DNA from: Vermamoeba vermiformis | Lineage: Eukaryota | Direction of reading: 5' to 3' | NCBI GenBank assembly: GCA_045837725.1 | Contig: JBEWZL010000124.1 | Span: 372,001 to 436,000 of the forward strand | Length of the DNA stretch: 64,000 nucleotides | Shown: positions 13,207 through 27,100 of the stretch, in pieces | Position numbering within the stretch: the stretch's first letter is position 1 | Layout of the letters: each line of letters starts with the position of its first letter | Position numbers and translations under genes: made by a program | Notes under the pieces: model-generated | What the model was told of the DNA's origin: nothing | The model's input: only the letters and a program-made list of their open reading frames with translations | Database searches by the model: none

Positions 13207-16200
13207 ATGGATCCGCAACCTCCACAAGGTAAGCTTGCTCATTAATGGACAATAATTATTACAATATTTCTGCTTTCGTGGCCAATTTCGAGACAGATCT
13301 ACATCACACCCTCAGAAAAAAAAGATAATCGAAATTCACAAATTTTACCACACGATAGTGGTACTCAGTAATACTCGACACATTATTTGAGAGAAACTGT
13401 CATATTAATAATAATTAATAACACTACACCCGGGGGAAATTTGACAAAGATTTTGAGGAACAATTTTGCATTGCAAACAATATCAGAAAAATTTACATAA
13501 CACACTGATATCTCACGCACAGATTAATGCATTCATGACACTACGGATATTAATAATATTACCCAGACGTGGATCCCGGTCAAGCCAAAAAGGCACCACC
13601 CATAGGCCCCAAAAAGGCGCCGAGTCCACCAGGACAGAAAGGCGCACGACCCGGTCCTGGTGACGCTAAACTGCCCGCCGGAGGCAATCCCAAGCCCGGT
13701 GTGAAGAAGGGCAGTCCGGGTCCTGCAGGCGAGGCGAGCGTTAAAAATCCCGAGGACTCGGACCAGTCCCCGCCAGGCACTAGCTCGCTGCCTGGCTCTG
13801 AACCAACATCCGCACCACCGTCAATCGAAATCAAGCCTGCGGTGAATGGTAGCGCTGAACCCAAGCGACCTCCTGGTGCTGTGAAGAAAGGCGCGGCCTC
13901 ACCACCCGCTGTGAAGAAAGCAGCGAGTACGAATGGCAGTGGAGAACACGCGAGTGAACCCAAATCAATCGAAGCACCAGTGAAAGTACCTCCACCTGGC
14001 GTGAAGAAAACACAATCAATGAACTCAAACGAACACAATCTTAATGAAATTAAGCCGGAAGACAAGCCAGCACCAGTCAAAGTACCCTGTTAAGAAAAAG
14101 TTGTGGTGGGGAATTTAAAAAAAAAAAAAAAAAAAACACCCCCACCTGGTCTGAAGAAAACTGTTTCTACCCCTGGCGGTTCAGGTGAACACAACGCGCA
14201 TGAAATTAAAGCTGAAGATAAGCCAGCACCTGTTAAAGTGCCTCCACCAGGCTTAAAGAAGACGGTGTCAACTCCTGTGCACTCAGATGAACATAATGTA
14301 GACGATCAAAAGCCTAGTGAAGACAAGCCAGCACCCGTCAAAGTGCCACCAAGTGCACTCAAGAAATCAGCCTCGCCATCTAAACCTTCAGGCGAACAAA
14401 GCGTTGAGCCGAAATCAGATGACACCAAGCCTGCGCCTGTCAAAGTGCCGGGCCAGGGGGAAGCGCTCAACCAGCGCAGAACAAGTCGAGAGTGATGTAC
14501 AAGCTGCACCTGTCAAAGTGCCAGTACCGGGCGTGAAGAAAGCAGCGAGTACGAATGGCAGTGGAGAACACTCGAGTTGAACCCAAATCAATTGAAGCAC
14601 CTGTCAAAGTACCCCCTCCTGGCGTGAAGAAAACAGTCTCGACTGGTGCTAGTGACGCACCGCTAGAGAACAAACCTAACGACACGCCTTCACCGGTCAA
14701 AGTCCCTCCAGCGATAAAGAAGTCCTCTGCTGGTGGTCCACCTCCACCGCCCAGCGTAGTTAAGACTCCCGCAAGCAGTGGTGAGTTCAAAGATGTGACT
14801 GAGACTCAAACAGCTGAGCCCAAGCCTCAGCCTGTGTCCCCCACTGCGCCGAAGAAAACACCAGCTGTCCCTCCACAAGTCGATGTCAAAATCACTGTTT
14901 CACCTGCTAAAAAAGGACCTCCTCCACCACCTGTTGGCGAACAAGCACAGTCAGCTGAGCCCAAGAATCCACCTCCACAAGGACCCAAAAAAGAGGTAGC
15001 CTCGCCCGTCAAGGTTGCCCCTGTACCGGGTGAAGTCACACCAGGCACTAGTCCCACCAAAGGCGCACCTGGTCCCAAGAAAGGTGTCCCTGCTGGTGTT
15101 AAGAAAACTCTGTCTGGCAGTCCTAAACAACCTCCGCCACCCAGTGAACCCGAACACAAAGCAACGGATCTTAAGAAGGTGTTCGAGACGAAGGCAGCAC
15201 AGGCCAGCGAAGATGTTGTGTCACCACGCACTGGTGCCATTGACATCGAGGCAGAGACCAAGGCCAGCGATCTGAAGAAGAAATTTGAGCAACAACAAGC
15301 TGCGGAACAAACAGAACAAAAGCCGCAGCCTGTGCGTGTTGAGAGTGATCAGAAGGCGACTGACCTGAAGAAGAAGTTTGAACAAGCCGCAGCTGAACAA
15401 CTGCAGCAACAAGACACCAAACCACAGCCTGTGCGCGTTGAAACTGACCAAAAGGCATCGGATTTGAAGAAGAGATTTGAGCAGGCAGCAGAACAACAAG
15501 CCCAAGAAACAAAGCCTAAACCACAACCCGTCCTTGTCGAAACTGAGCAAAAAGCTTCAGATCTCAAATCTAAATTTGAAGCAATTTCTCAAGAACAAGC
15601 TGAGAGCACTGATACAGTTGAGAATCCAGTTGTGCATGAACCAGAAGCACATGAGGAATCAAATGAATCGAGTGAGAGCGAGTCGAGCTCATCTTCATCG
15701 GAAGAACAGGCTGAAGTCGTGGAAGAACCACAGTCTGAAGTGCACGAGCCCAAGGATGAACAGCCGCACGACGAGACAGTAGAAGTTCCTCCTGAGAACC
15801 CTGCAATAGAGGTCCAAGAGCCTGAAGTGGAAGAAGTAAAGCCTGCTGAATCCAGTGAAAGCGAGAGCGAGAGCGAATCTGTCAGTAATGAAGAACCAAA
15901 ACAAGTTGTTGAAGAACCTCAACCAGCCACTGAAGCTGTTCAATCTGACGAGCCTGTTGTAACTGAGCCCGTTGTTGTACCACACGTTGAACCACACACT
16001 GAACATGTTGAACCCACGGAGGGTACGCACGAGAGCCACGAAAGCAGCGAGGAGCCTTCAGTAAGCGAGTCAAGTAGCAGTGAAAGTGTAAGTGAGAGCG
16101 AGAGTGAAAGCAGCAGTGAAAGTGACTCCAAGAGCTCTTCTCACGAGCCTGATCATGAGACTGGTGAAGGACATGACACGCAACCAGAGTATCAAGAAGA

Positions 16201-17110
16201 GTACGGCGAGGAGTATCAAGGAGAATATGGCGAGGAATATCAGGAAGAATATCAAGAAGAATACGGCGAGGAGTACCAAGAGGAGCACCAAGGCGAACCC
16301 AACACGAATCAACCTCCCGCACCTCCCACACGCAAGAAAACTGCTCCTCCGCCACCGACTCCTCAAGTCGTTGTGACCTCTGAGCCAAAGGACGACATCC
16401 CCACGCAAACGGTCTCATTGCCCACAATCAGCACCACTACGCCTCTATCCGCCAGTCTCACGAAGAGCAAGGGCAAGAAAGACAAGGAAGAAAATCCCAC
16501 GACGTTATTGAAGGCTCTTGGCCCTCCCTCTGGTCCTTCATTGAACCACGTAAGTGACGCACAACTACTATTTGCGAGCGTTAGTTTAACCTTTCTGTAG
16601 TATCGTCGCAGTGCTGGTCCTACAAACAGACGCCCTCCACCCAAGGGATTCAAGCCTACGCAGGTGCACTCGATGGAAATCACTGAACGCCCGCGCATGT
16701 CACTGATGGTCGACACTGCCATCGCTGAAGAGCCAGAAGACGAGAACGGAGAAGCACCGAAGCGACGCCCGTTTATTCCAATTGGTGCCGCTGGTGGCAT
16801 GCCAAGATTTGATCCAACCCAAGTGCAGCTTCGCGGAGCCAATGATCCAAAAACCAAGCCCAAATCTGAATCTTCACCGAGCAAACCAACCGAAGAGAAG
16901 AGCGATGAACCTCCTTCACCGTCCAAGAAGAGCAAGGACAAGAAGTCCAAAGAAGACAAACAGCGCGAAAAAGAAGAAAAAGCTCGCATTAAAGCTGAAA
17001 AGAAAGAGCAGGCGAAGAAAGCTAAAGAAGCTAAGAAACAAGAAAAAGAACGACTCAAAGCTGAAAAAGAAGCGAAAAAGACACCAACAGCAACTCCTGA
17101 GAAGAAATAA
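13207..17110 (+). CDS. Large low-complexity Pro/Lys/Glu-rich repeat protein, probable actin/capping-protein regulator; interrupted by a 51-nt insertion and two frameshifts
   Basis: Exon 1 MDPQPPQ|; APVKVPPPGVKK repeats; five K[AT/S]DLKxxFE repeats; acidic EYQEEYGE repeats; intron 16550-16600 then LNH|YRRSAGPTNRRPP; Lys/Glu-rich tail. Confidence 0.75.
13911..14634 (+). repeat. ~100-bp direct duplication (about 13911-14012 and 14533-14634) inside the repeat-protein gene
   Basis: GTGAAGAAAGCAGCGAGTACGAATGGCAGTGGAGAACAC...CCTGGCGTGAAGAAAACA occurs twice; the second copy has one extra T (AGTTGAA vs AGTGAA). Confidence 0.85.
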
Positions 17111-17253
17111 TTTACACGCATCCAACTTAATTTATTTGGCCACTGTACAAACTGCACGGCCAGCAACTAAAGAGCATGTACATAAAAGACACTTAAGTTC
17201 CAATAAATAAGCTTAAGTTTTATTTAAATAATAGTATTGTGGTACTAATAATC

Positions 17254-20200
17254 TCATCTTGTTTTCACATCGTCCAAAGCTCTGTTCAAAATTCGGATCT
17301 CGGACTTGAGTTGAGTGACTTGTGTCTGCAAGTCCACATGTTGTTCTTTCAATATATCTAACTCTTCGCGCGTTTTCTTTTCATTGCGCTCTGCATCAAT
17401 TCGTCGTTGTGCCTCTTCATCAGCAATCGTTTGATATCGCTTCATCTTCTTTTCGTTCTCGAGCTTCACGCGGTCAACGTTGTTCAGCTCTCGTTGCAAG
17501 CCTTCAATGTCGCGCTTGAGTGTGCGGATCTCACGCTGCAACTCTCTATTCTTGTTCTTAGCCTCTTCTTCACGCTCACGATATTCAGAGGCCATGTCCT
17601 TCAAGTTGGTCAAATCAGCCTTGACTTGCTTCGAGGTCAGCTCGGGGAACTTGACTTCACGGCGCACTTGTTTGATTTCACTGAACAACGATTAGACGTG
17701 GTGAGACTCGAGGCAAGAGCAACAAAACTTACGCCTTGAGTTGTTGGATCTCTTCTTCGTAACGCTTGTTCTGGGCCACAACGTCATCGAATTTGGCAGC
17801 CTTTTGCATGTTGGAGTAGCTTGTCATGTCGATATCTGCGCTTGATTAGCACAAATTAAGGGCGACTAGTGTCACACATACCATCATCAGTGCGACGAGA
17901 GCGGCTAGAACCAGAGATGATTTCACGGTTGATCGTCTCATTCTGTTCCTTCACCTTGGCACGCAACTTCTCAATGGTGCTCTGCGCCTCTTCGAGCTGT
18001 TGACGCAAATCATTGTCATTCGAGCCAGTGACGCTGCGGTAGCTGTTCTCTCTTGTCTGCAACAGTAGAAGACGAAGGATTAGACCACGACCAGTAATTA
18101 TAGGATCAGCTTCAATATTACCAAACTTCTACTGCTGCGCTCGGACTCGGCGTTCTTGCGGGCCAGCTCTTGGCTCTTCTGATCCAACTCACGCTCCAAG
18201 CGCGACACTTTGTCTTCGAGCTGCTCAATGGTAGCATCACGACGTCTGACTTCGTCTTCTTGACGTGCGAGCTTGTCTTGAGTGCGCTTCAAATCGAATT
18301 GAATGTCATCAAGCTCAATCTTCAACTTGCCATCGCTAGACTTGAGTTGATCGCTCAACTTCTTGACTTCGCGTTGCAAGTCATCAATCGTGCTCTCACG
18401 ATCACGCAGCTCACGGTCCTTGTCGCGCAGTTTGTCCTCAGTGCTCTTCAGACTGGCCTCAAGTTGTTCAAGTCGTGCGTCATTAGCCTTGCGAGTAGCG
18501 TCATCCTTGGCACGCTCTTTGAGTCTGTTGACCTCGTCGGCAAACTCCTCGAGCTCGTTGTGCAGCCTGTTGAGCTCAGCGTCCTTTTGCTTCAACTCTC
18601 TGGCGTGCTTTTCTTCAGCGTCACGAAGATTAGCTTTGAATTCGTCTTCGAGCACAGTCAGTGAACTGCGGCTGACATCTCTGTCCTCTTCAGCTTTGCC
18701 GTGCGCTTTGTGCGCTGCTTCAAGATCACGCTTCAACTGCTCAATTTCCTCGCGCATTTCTTTCTCTCGGGTCTCGAGCGTCTCTTTGATCGATGTGGTG
18801 GGATCAATGGCTTCAATCCACGCTTGTAGCTCTTCAGGAGTGGTGGCTTGCAATACCCACACATTGCCGAGACTGACGAGGGCGAATGTGTTCATGTACT
18901 GGGACTGGGGCAGGGCAGAGATCTTCACACTCGAGAGGTCCATGGTGCCCTTAGGCTTCAAGTCGTTCTCGTTCTTGTAGTACGACAGATAGGCACGAGT
19001 CAAGACGAACCACAGCTTCTTCCATTCACTGCCGCTCTTCTTCATCAAAAAGCCTGACTTCTTAGCCTCAAGACGGCCCTTGATCTCTTCGACTTCAACC
19101 TTGACTAATGTCTTGTAGCGACGCACGGCATCTGACTTCTTGCGTGCGGGACTCTTGCGCTCAATGTCAGCAATGCGTTGTGTGAGGACATCACGGTGCG
19201 CGAGCACAGGCACTTCTTTGCGCGGTGAGGTAGAGCCTGCGCGTGGTGACACACTGCCGCTGACGTGCAGAGTAGGTGTGGCGCCTGCAGCCTCTAATCG
19301 GTCGTGCAACTCAAGCTCTTGACGCAGTCTCTCTTTAACAAGTGCAGAGCCAAGTCGAGTTTGCAGCTGTTGTTGCTCTTCAATGAACACAGTGATGCGT
19401 TGTGCGTCTTGCATCTTGCGCGACTTCTTCAGCTTGATGTGGAAGTGCGCGCCATCGAGTGGTGATTCGTCAGATTTCTAATTAAAGTACTTAGTTGTGT
19501 TTCTAATTATGAGAATGTTACTTACACCTAGCTGATTGATAATGTTCTTCTCGGAGTCAGTGCGTTGCAAGCCTTGACCAACAAAGTACTTGAGGCAAAT
19601 GGTGGTTGACACTTTGACAGGCTGTGAAAAACTTGAAATGTTCAATTCAAAATCAACGCGCGCAGAGATCTTGTCCTCTTGGTCCTCATCGTCCTTGGCA
19701 TTCACGTCTTTCTTGCTCTTGTTGCGACTCAGTTTTCTACGGCTTCGCAGAGGTGGCACGATAACTGACAAGAGATTGGGGTGTTGTGCCTCGAGCTCAC
19801 TCAAGTCCCACTCGGCAATGAGCTGATCTTTTTGCACTTTGACGACCTTCAAGGGGAACATCATGCGCATCTCTTCTTCGCTGGCTTGCACATCCGCGGC
19901 CTTGCCAATACGATGGAACATGCCGATCTGAGCAGACTCGCAGCCTTGGATCTGCAGCAGTGTTTGACCAGGGGGCTGTGCGATGGAGAAGTGCACGCGA
20001 CGGCTCTTTTGATTGCGCTTCAACTTGAAAGTGACTTGTGGGTCACTGAACGGGTCTTGCTTCACGGGCACATTCTTGTACTCGCCACTGTCGAGCTTCT
20101 CTTCGATGCTCAACGTAGACAGCACCACAAAGTCCTCTTCTTCGGGCTTCTTTTCACCCAGACCAGCAGGCTGTTCAGCCAGTGCATTGCCCCAGATCTC

Positions 20201-23200
20201 TACGACCAGTGCATCTTGTTGCAAATAGTACAAGAACTCTTCGCTCACGTCAAAGATCGAGAAGTGTACCTCGTGATCAAACACGACTTGAGTGCCCTCC
20301 ACATGACCCTGGTAGAGTGGTGAGCATGAAAAGCACTGTAAACTCGGCACAACTTACCTTCTCAGTCTTGTGCGGAGTCTGATTGCGGAATGAAAAGCGG
20401 CACTGGAAGTCAGTGAACTTGTCGGTGGGCAGGTCTGTGCCACGGTGCAACTTGACGGTGAAGTCCAAGTCTTGGCCCAACAACTCGTCACCCTCGTGCG
20501 TGCTTGTTGCGCCGCTGGGACCCAATTCGTGCATGGTGCTGCTCTCATCAGTGGCCACTTGAAGAGGTTGGCGAGAACTGTGACCGGTTAGAAGAGACAC
20601 TATAATAAGTGAATATACCACACTTACATCTCTACCTCGAGTGTGCCTTGTGCAGTGCCTTCAAGATCCAAAACAGGCAACGTGCGACGAGCCTTGTTGA
20701 AGTACAACATGTCCTTCAAGTAGCAGTGTGCAGCACCCACCAATCGTTCATCGTGTTCAGACATGTAGAACGGTGAATTCTCGGACTCAGTGTCGATGGC
20801 AGCGTCACGACCGAACTCGACTTGATTTTGATAGATTTCGCTCATCAAGGCGACTCGCTCTGCAAACTCTGAAGAGCTGCAAATGATGTGTTTGCCATTC
20901 TGCGTGTTGGTGATCTTGACACCGACTTTGATCTTGCTGTAGTGGCCGAAATTAGCCTCAAACTCATCCATCTCCACATCGCGCACTTCAGGGAAGGTGT
21001 TCTCGAGATTCAACTCGAATGTGCGGTGCACGCGCTTGTTGGGATTGTTCAAGGTCTCAATGATGGCATTGGCCTGGTCGATGGCCACCACTGTCTGCAG
21101 CACTCGCTCGCGCAATCGTTGTCGATCAAGCTTCTCGTTCCAGATGCGGAAAGAGAATGTCGCGAACTTCTCTTTCTGCTTTCTCAATGTGAATGCAATC
21201 GACTTCTTCATCGTCTCGAGCTCGTGCAACTTCCTCTCGTAGACTTGTTTGACATCTTCGCGGCGCAGAGTGATCTCAGCGATGGCTTCAGGCGCACTTT
21301 CTTGTTGTTGCAGCGCATCGAACTCTTGCATTTGTTTCTCGTACTCTTGCGTCAACTTGGTGATCTGTTCTTGAATGTTCTCTTTCTCCTTCTCCTTCTG
21401 CTGATTGAACTCTTTGATCTTTTGCTCCAGCTGCTTCTCTTCTTCGGTGGTCATGTCAAAGCGCAACACATTCGAGCCCAAGCTGTTTTCAACTTCAACG
21501 GCTGCGCGCTCAGACAAGGCAAAGTTGTAATCGATGGCCTCTTCATCGGGCACTGCGCCACTCTCGCGACCATTGCTGTGCTTGAGTGCTTCGTCGGGGT
21601 GACTGAATCTGAAGATGTGATTGTTGCCCAGAATGATGCGTGCACCGTGCTGCAAGCGACGAGTTTGTGACAGTCTGACACCGTTGACAAATGTTTGACC
21701 TTCGAGGGGTGTAATGTACACTGAGCCGTCCTCACGGTGTTCAATCATGCAGTGCTCGTGACAGATATTGAGGCCGTACAATTGAATTTCAGGTTGGCTC
21801 CTATACTCAATGTTAATACAACAGTACCCAATATGGCTGATCGACGCACCTGTCAGGCTCGTCAGTGGGTGTGCCGAGCAAGGTCTCGCCAGTCTCCAAG
21901 TAGTAGATGAGTGCGCCAGACAAGATTGGGTCCTCGTTCAAGTTGATCAAGTGCGGCAATCGACTCACAGCTTGAATAGCAATGCCCATGTCTTTGAGGG
22001 CATTCTTGCGCTCTTCTTGAATCGCTTGCGACTCCTTCAACTTCTCTTCCCAGGACTTGTTCATCTCTGCAATTAACTTCTCGTTCTGCGACAACAAGGC
22101 TGTCAGATCTAAAATCTGTTTGTCCTTGTCAGCATCCAACATCTCAGCCAGGCCTGCCACATTGCCGCCCTTGGTCGCGAGCTGCAATTGTTTGCGCAAG
22201 TTCTCGACTTCACCCTGCAACTCTCTGATCAATTTGTTGGTCGGATCTTCGTTGACAACAGCCATGTTCTTAATCTTCTTCGCACTGTCTGCATAACGCA
22301 AGGTAGATAGTGTCTCGTCGTAGTTGATGTCTGCAGGACTGATGGCTGCAATCATCATTGTCTTGGAGTTACCGCCCAATGCTTCTTTCAACAACCTTCC
22401 AGCAGTGTCAATGCTGCATTAGTCGGAGAATAGTCCGCTTACCATGTCAACACAGAGTCACGATAGGGAACGAAGGCCTTGGCATCACCACCAGCCTGCT
22501 TGGCCAGGGCTGAAATGACTTTGCCCAGTGTCGACAGAGATTTGTTGATGTTAGCACCTTCTTTCAATCGGGCACCAGTGGCACCGGTTGAATCAGCGCG
22601 CTCTGAGCCTGCCAAATCAACCATGTGAATTTTGCTGACTGTTTGTCGACCTCCAAAGCCCTTGGCATCAGGTTCCTAACACGCGTGTCAGACAGCTCTT
22701 GCAATAGTAGAGTGTAATTAAGTTCAACACGTACATAAGTCTGTGTCAATACGATGGTAAATACGGCGTGTGATCGCGAGCTCGTGGCATTCATATTCGT
22801 CGCTGCCACTGTGCGGGACTTGCTGCCTTCATCCATCAAACTCTCAATCTCAGGGTATGAACCCACCGCGAGTCTAATGCACTACTGTAAGTACTGGTGC
22901 GTACGTGTTGATATTGACAGTACTTACTTGGCGAGGTCTTCAACATAGGGACCTGTCTTGGGGTGATTGCGCACCTTCAAACCTCCCTGTCACGACGAAT
23001 TTTAGCAATAATTTCACGGTCACTGGTATACACTCGTTACCTTCTTGTTATTCTTCGGATTTAATAAGTCCTTCACTGTTTCGTTGTAAATTTCCATAAA
23101 GCTGACCTCTACGGTAAATGATAACCGTTCCTCTTTGTTGTTTTGGATGCGCACAAATATTTCTTCGCATACTTTCGGAATCAACCCTACGTGATCGCGA

Positions 23201-23865
23201 TTAGCACGTTAATTATCTATGTGTAGTCTACCTTTATCTTCGCCATAACCAATCATCGAATATGATTTGCCCGAGCCTGTTTGACCGTACGCGAAAATAC
23301 TGCAGTTGAAACCTAAATGATGGTATAAATATTAACACGATATTTATAAGCTATTTTTAAAGTGGCAATTTGTAGTATAAGTATAGCTCAATTTTAAATT
23401 TCCGTGGTTAAAAAAACGGATGACCGTTACAATTATGCTAATATCAAGCTTAACAAGAAATTATATTAAAATTACCTTCAAATGCATTGTCCAAAATAGC
23501 AACGCCTAAATCGCTAAACACTTTGTCTTGCGTCGCGAAGTTCTTTTGGTTGGATTCGTCAAACGACCAATAACTGTAATCGAAAGAGAATTGCTTCTCT
23601 GCATTGGGTCCTTCAGTGATGGTTGGATGCTTAAGTACCGTCACTGGACCATCCATTTCTACTATACACTTGGAGCCGAAAGTTCGTTCCCTAGATGTAG
23701 ATCGTTACAAGCCGAGAATTTAATTATCAAGATACATTCTAATATTATATTTTAAATTTATCATAGTGTGAATATTAAAAGTAGTAGAGCAAAAATCAAT
23801 CTCGCAGTTTTTGCATACCGATCGTTCATGGGACGAACTCTGACGGCCACCTGCACGTTCGACAT
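17254..23865 (-). CDS. Kinesin-3 (Unc104/KIF1/KIF13-like): motor, FHA, coiled coil, internal PH domain, long C-terminal coiled coil
   Basis: [109 protein letters not shown]...WKKLWFVL...QAWIEAI. Confidence 0.95.
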
Positions 23866-24119
23866 GGCCGTACAATACTAAATATGAGCTATTGTGCTTG
23901 TCAGGTCGAAAGATTTGATTTTTGTTCGAGTCACAAATTGATATTTTTAATCTCAACTTGCGAGATTTCCGCTTGTTGTTAGCCGCCCTGTTTACGAATC
24001 GCAACAAAAGGCGAGGACTTAGATACGTAAGACTGGCCTCAATATCAAATCTCGTGCTCTAAATTTCTTGCCAACCGGTTTTGCAACAGAATTTTATCGA
24101 TCCGCACAAGAGAACATGG

Positions 24120-27100
24120 ATGGAAGAACTCGTCGAACAAGTAAAACAACTGACTAATAAGTTGCAATTGCATACTAGAGAAATTCAGTGGATCTCTCAG
24201 TTACACGATCATGTCCAACAAAATATTGGCGTGGATCTGCTGGATCCACCTACAACTGTTGCTCAAATATGCTTGAAAATTATCGATATAATTTATGGAG
24301 AGCACAGCGCAGCCATTCAAGCAGAGTCAAATTCTAAGAATTTCATGTTGCCAGTGGATGCATTGATAGTGTCAATCGGCGAAATCAAATCGCATAGGAC
24401 AGCTTATATCTCAAAATTACATAATTTATGGCACGATAATTTTTATTCTTACTCCTCACCGACATTGGATCGCACCACATCCGGTCCCGACACGAGTCTC
24501 ACGTCCCCCAATCGCAGCGAGTGCTCGGTGACTGGCCACACCTCGCCAACACCCACCACTCTCTTGCGCGCCAAACAATTGCCGGCCAAGCAGTACTTGC
24601 TCATTGCACGCTTTGGTCTCACACACGGCACACTGGGCCTGCCACTGCTGGCACTGCAAGACAATACTGGCGAGGTACGCACATGCCCCTAACTACTGCC
24701 CTGTTATTAACTATGCTCATTGCGCAGCTCCCATTCGAATGGACTGGACACATATCGCCCTCGCTGTTGAATGCGCTGTCCATCGTCACGCAGTGGAACT
24801 ACATACCACACTACGACTCGGACGAGGCAGGCTATATTGAACTGCCCGCTATTGAGTCCTGTTGCGCCGTGTGGAGTGTCGTGCCCAATGCACAGATCTG
24901 GCCTGAGACCCTCACGGCAGACTGGCACAAATACCGCGCCATGAGCATTGAAGAGTTTGTCGTGTCACGTGACAAGACTGCACACCTCGTGGGGACTGTG
25001 ACAGCGATCAGTCCGCTCATTCAGCAATCGGCTCACTGCGCATATTACTTTGTTGAACTCAGTTCCGTCGCGGCAGATCCAGCGCACCAATCACAGTCCA
25101 CCCTGTCGACTACTGTACTCATCTCTGGGACACTGGCATTTATGCGCAGAGTGTTGCGTGTCGGTCAGATCTACTACATCACGCACTTGCAGCTGGCAAC
25201 GCTGTTTCCCAATAGCGAGAATGAACGCCGCACCTTCACGACCTCGAGCAAGAGTCGCGTGCACGTGATTGACAGTGTGGAGCGATTGAACGAGCTGTGG
25301 GTGACACGTGAACGCATCAACACGCGCAAACGAAAGAGTTCCAACGGCGCGGATGATGAACACGACAAAAAGCGTGCACGGGCAGGTAAGTTGACAGGTA
25401 TCAAAGAGAGGTCTGTGTTAACACTGAATGTAGAAGTCAGCGTGCTCGATTCATCGCTGAACACCGAGTCCAGTGCCAGCCAATTGCCCGCCATCACTTC
25501 GCGTGTGAGCTACTCCGGTGAACTGACGCACTACTGCGGCAATTGCGTGTTTGAACTCGACGGTGGCATCAAGCTGTACCTCACGCAGTACGATCTCGAG
25601 GACACCATTGGCCGTGGTCTGCGTGTCGGTGCTCGCATCACTGCGCACAACATTCACCCCATTCGAGTGCACCAAAGACTGCACGTAAGTCCCTCGTACG
25701 ATGACAAGGCAGTGTTTGACACGTGTCATTGCAGGGATTCGGCTGTTGCGTGTACAGCACCGTGGAAGTGACAGCACTCTCGACCGCACTCACAGACTTC
25801 AAGCCTCTCGTGCAGAGTACCAATCTCTACAAGCCCTATTGGGACGCACTTTCATTCCTCGGCTTTGTGTTGTTGCATGAACTGCACGCGTACTTGCGCG
25901 AGACCTTTCCTGAGATTAGCAAGGCAGATCTGCTCGGTGCTCAGGTGCGCACTCCTGTGGTCATTTCATTCGACAACTAACACACTCGCCTTTAGATGAA
26001 AGACATACGCAGCGCTGAGCCAGGACTCGGTGTGTTAGCGACACTGCTCCAAGCGAGTGGTCGCATCCCATTTAGACACGACACCATTTACAACCAATTC
26101 TTCGCGCACTCGAAGAACTGCAATCACAGTGACATGGATATCGAAGAGAGTACTATACAATTGATTGCCATAGCAGATTTAGTGAAGAAAGCACAAAGCC
26201 TTGCCGTCGATCTGCTCGAGTCCGATCACTGGGCTTGCAGTATCCTTTTCAATATTACTACGTGTTATTCATTGGCGCAATTATGTTCTTTAACTAAAAT
26301 AGGCACTGTGTCCGCTACAGAGTTCAATGGTCACCTCGTTGCAAGGTGTGTACTGTTGGATCGCAAGGGCGTTGTGAGTCTGCATCTTTTGCAACGCGAA
26401 GACGCCATTCCAATAGTCATTGAAGGAGATATGAGACTAGTGACTGAATACCTCGATGCAGTGCTGCTTATTCGCAACTTTGACGTGGTAGTCGAGAATA
26501 TAAGACCTCCAGATGCGAAACAAAACGGCACTTCGATTGCGTGGCTGCTAGTCCACACGCACCACATCGCTGTCATACATCGCACGAGCAAGGCGGAACA
26601 ACCAGATCTAGTCCCGGCCATCCTTGACAGTTGCACTTGGCCGACGAGACAAGACGGTCAGCTGCGCAGTCAATGCACCATCACGACCTCGCACGACACA
26701 TGCACAGTGCAGGCATTGACAGGCGTGAGTGCAGCCCTCGCGCGGTACATGTCGACAGGCATGACACTCAAAGTGCACCTGTCACGCGCTGACACGTTCG
26801 ATTGCGGTAAGGCGAATTAGCAACAGTATCTTGACGCTACTAACCCCTCACGACTAGGAGACATCAAGTTTGTGACATGTCCGCACGATATCACACCTAA
26901 TCTCTCGGTGCGCGCGGTGTTGGATGTCGCTGAGCCGAACAACGTTGCGGGAGAGATAGCCGTGCTGAGCGGTATAGTGACGCACATACAGCTGCTAGAA
27001 GACGACAACAGCCCCGCGGTGTACAGTTTGGATTACAGACCACAAAGGTGCGCTAGATACGGTAGCCAATCGATTCAAATCTCGTTCACACTGCACGGCA

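Noticed and set aside
16185-16290. Regular short repeats superficially like a CRISPR array
   Set aside because: In-frame coding EYQEEYGE repeats with no unique spacers; eukaryotic context and no cas genes
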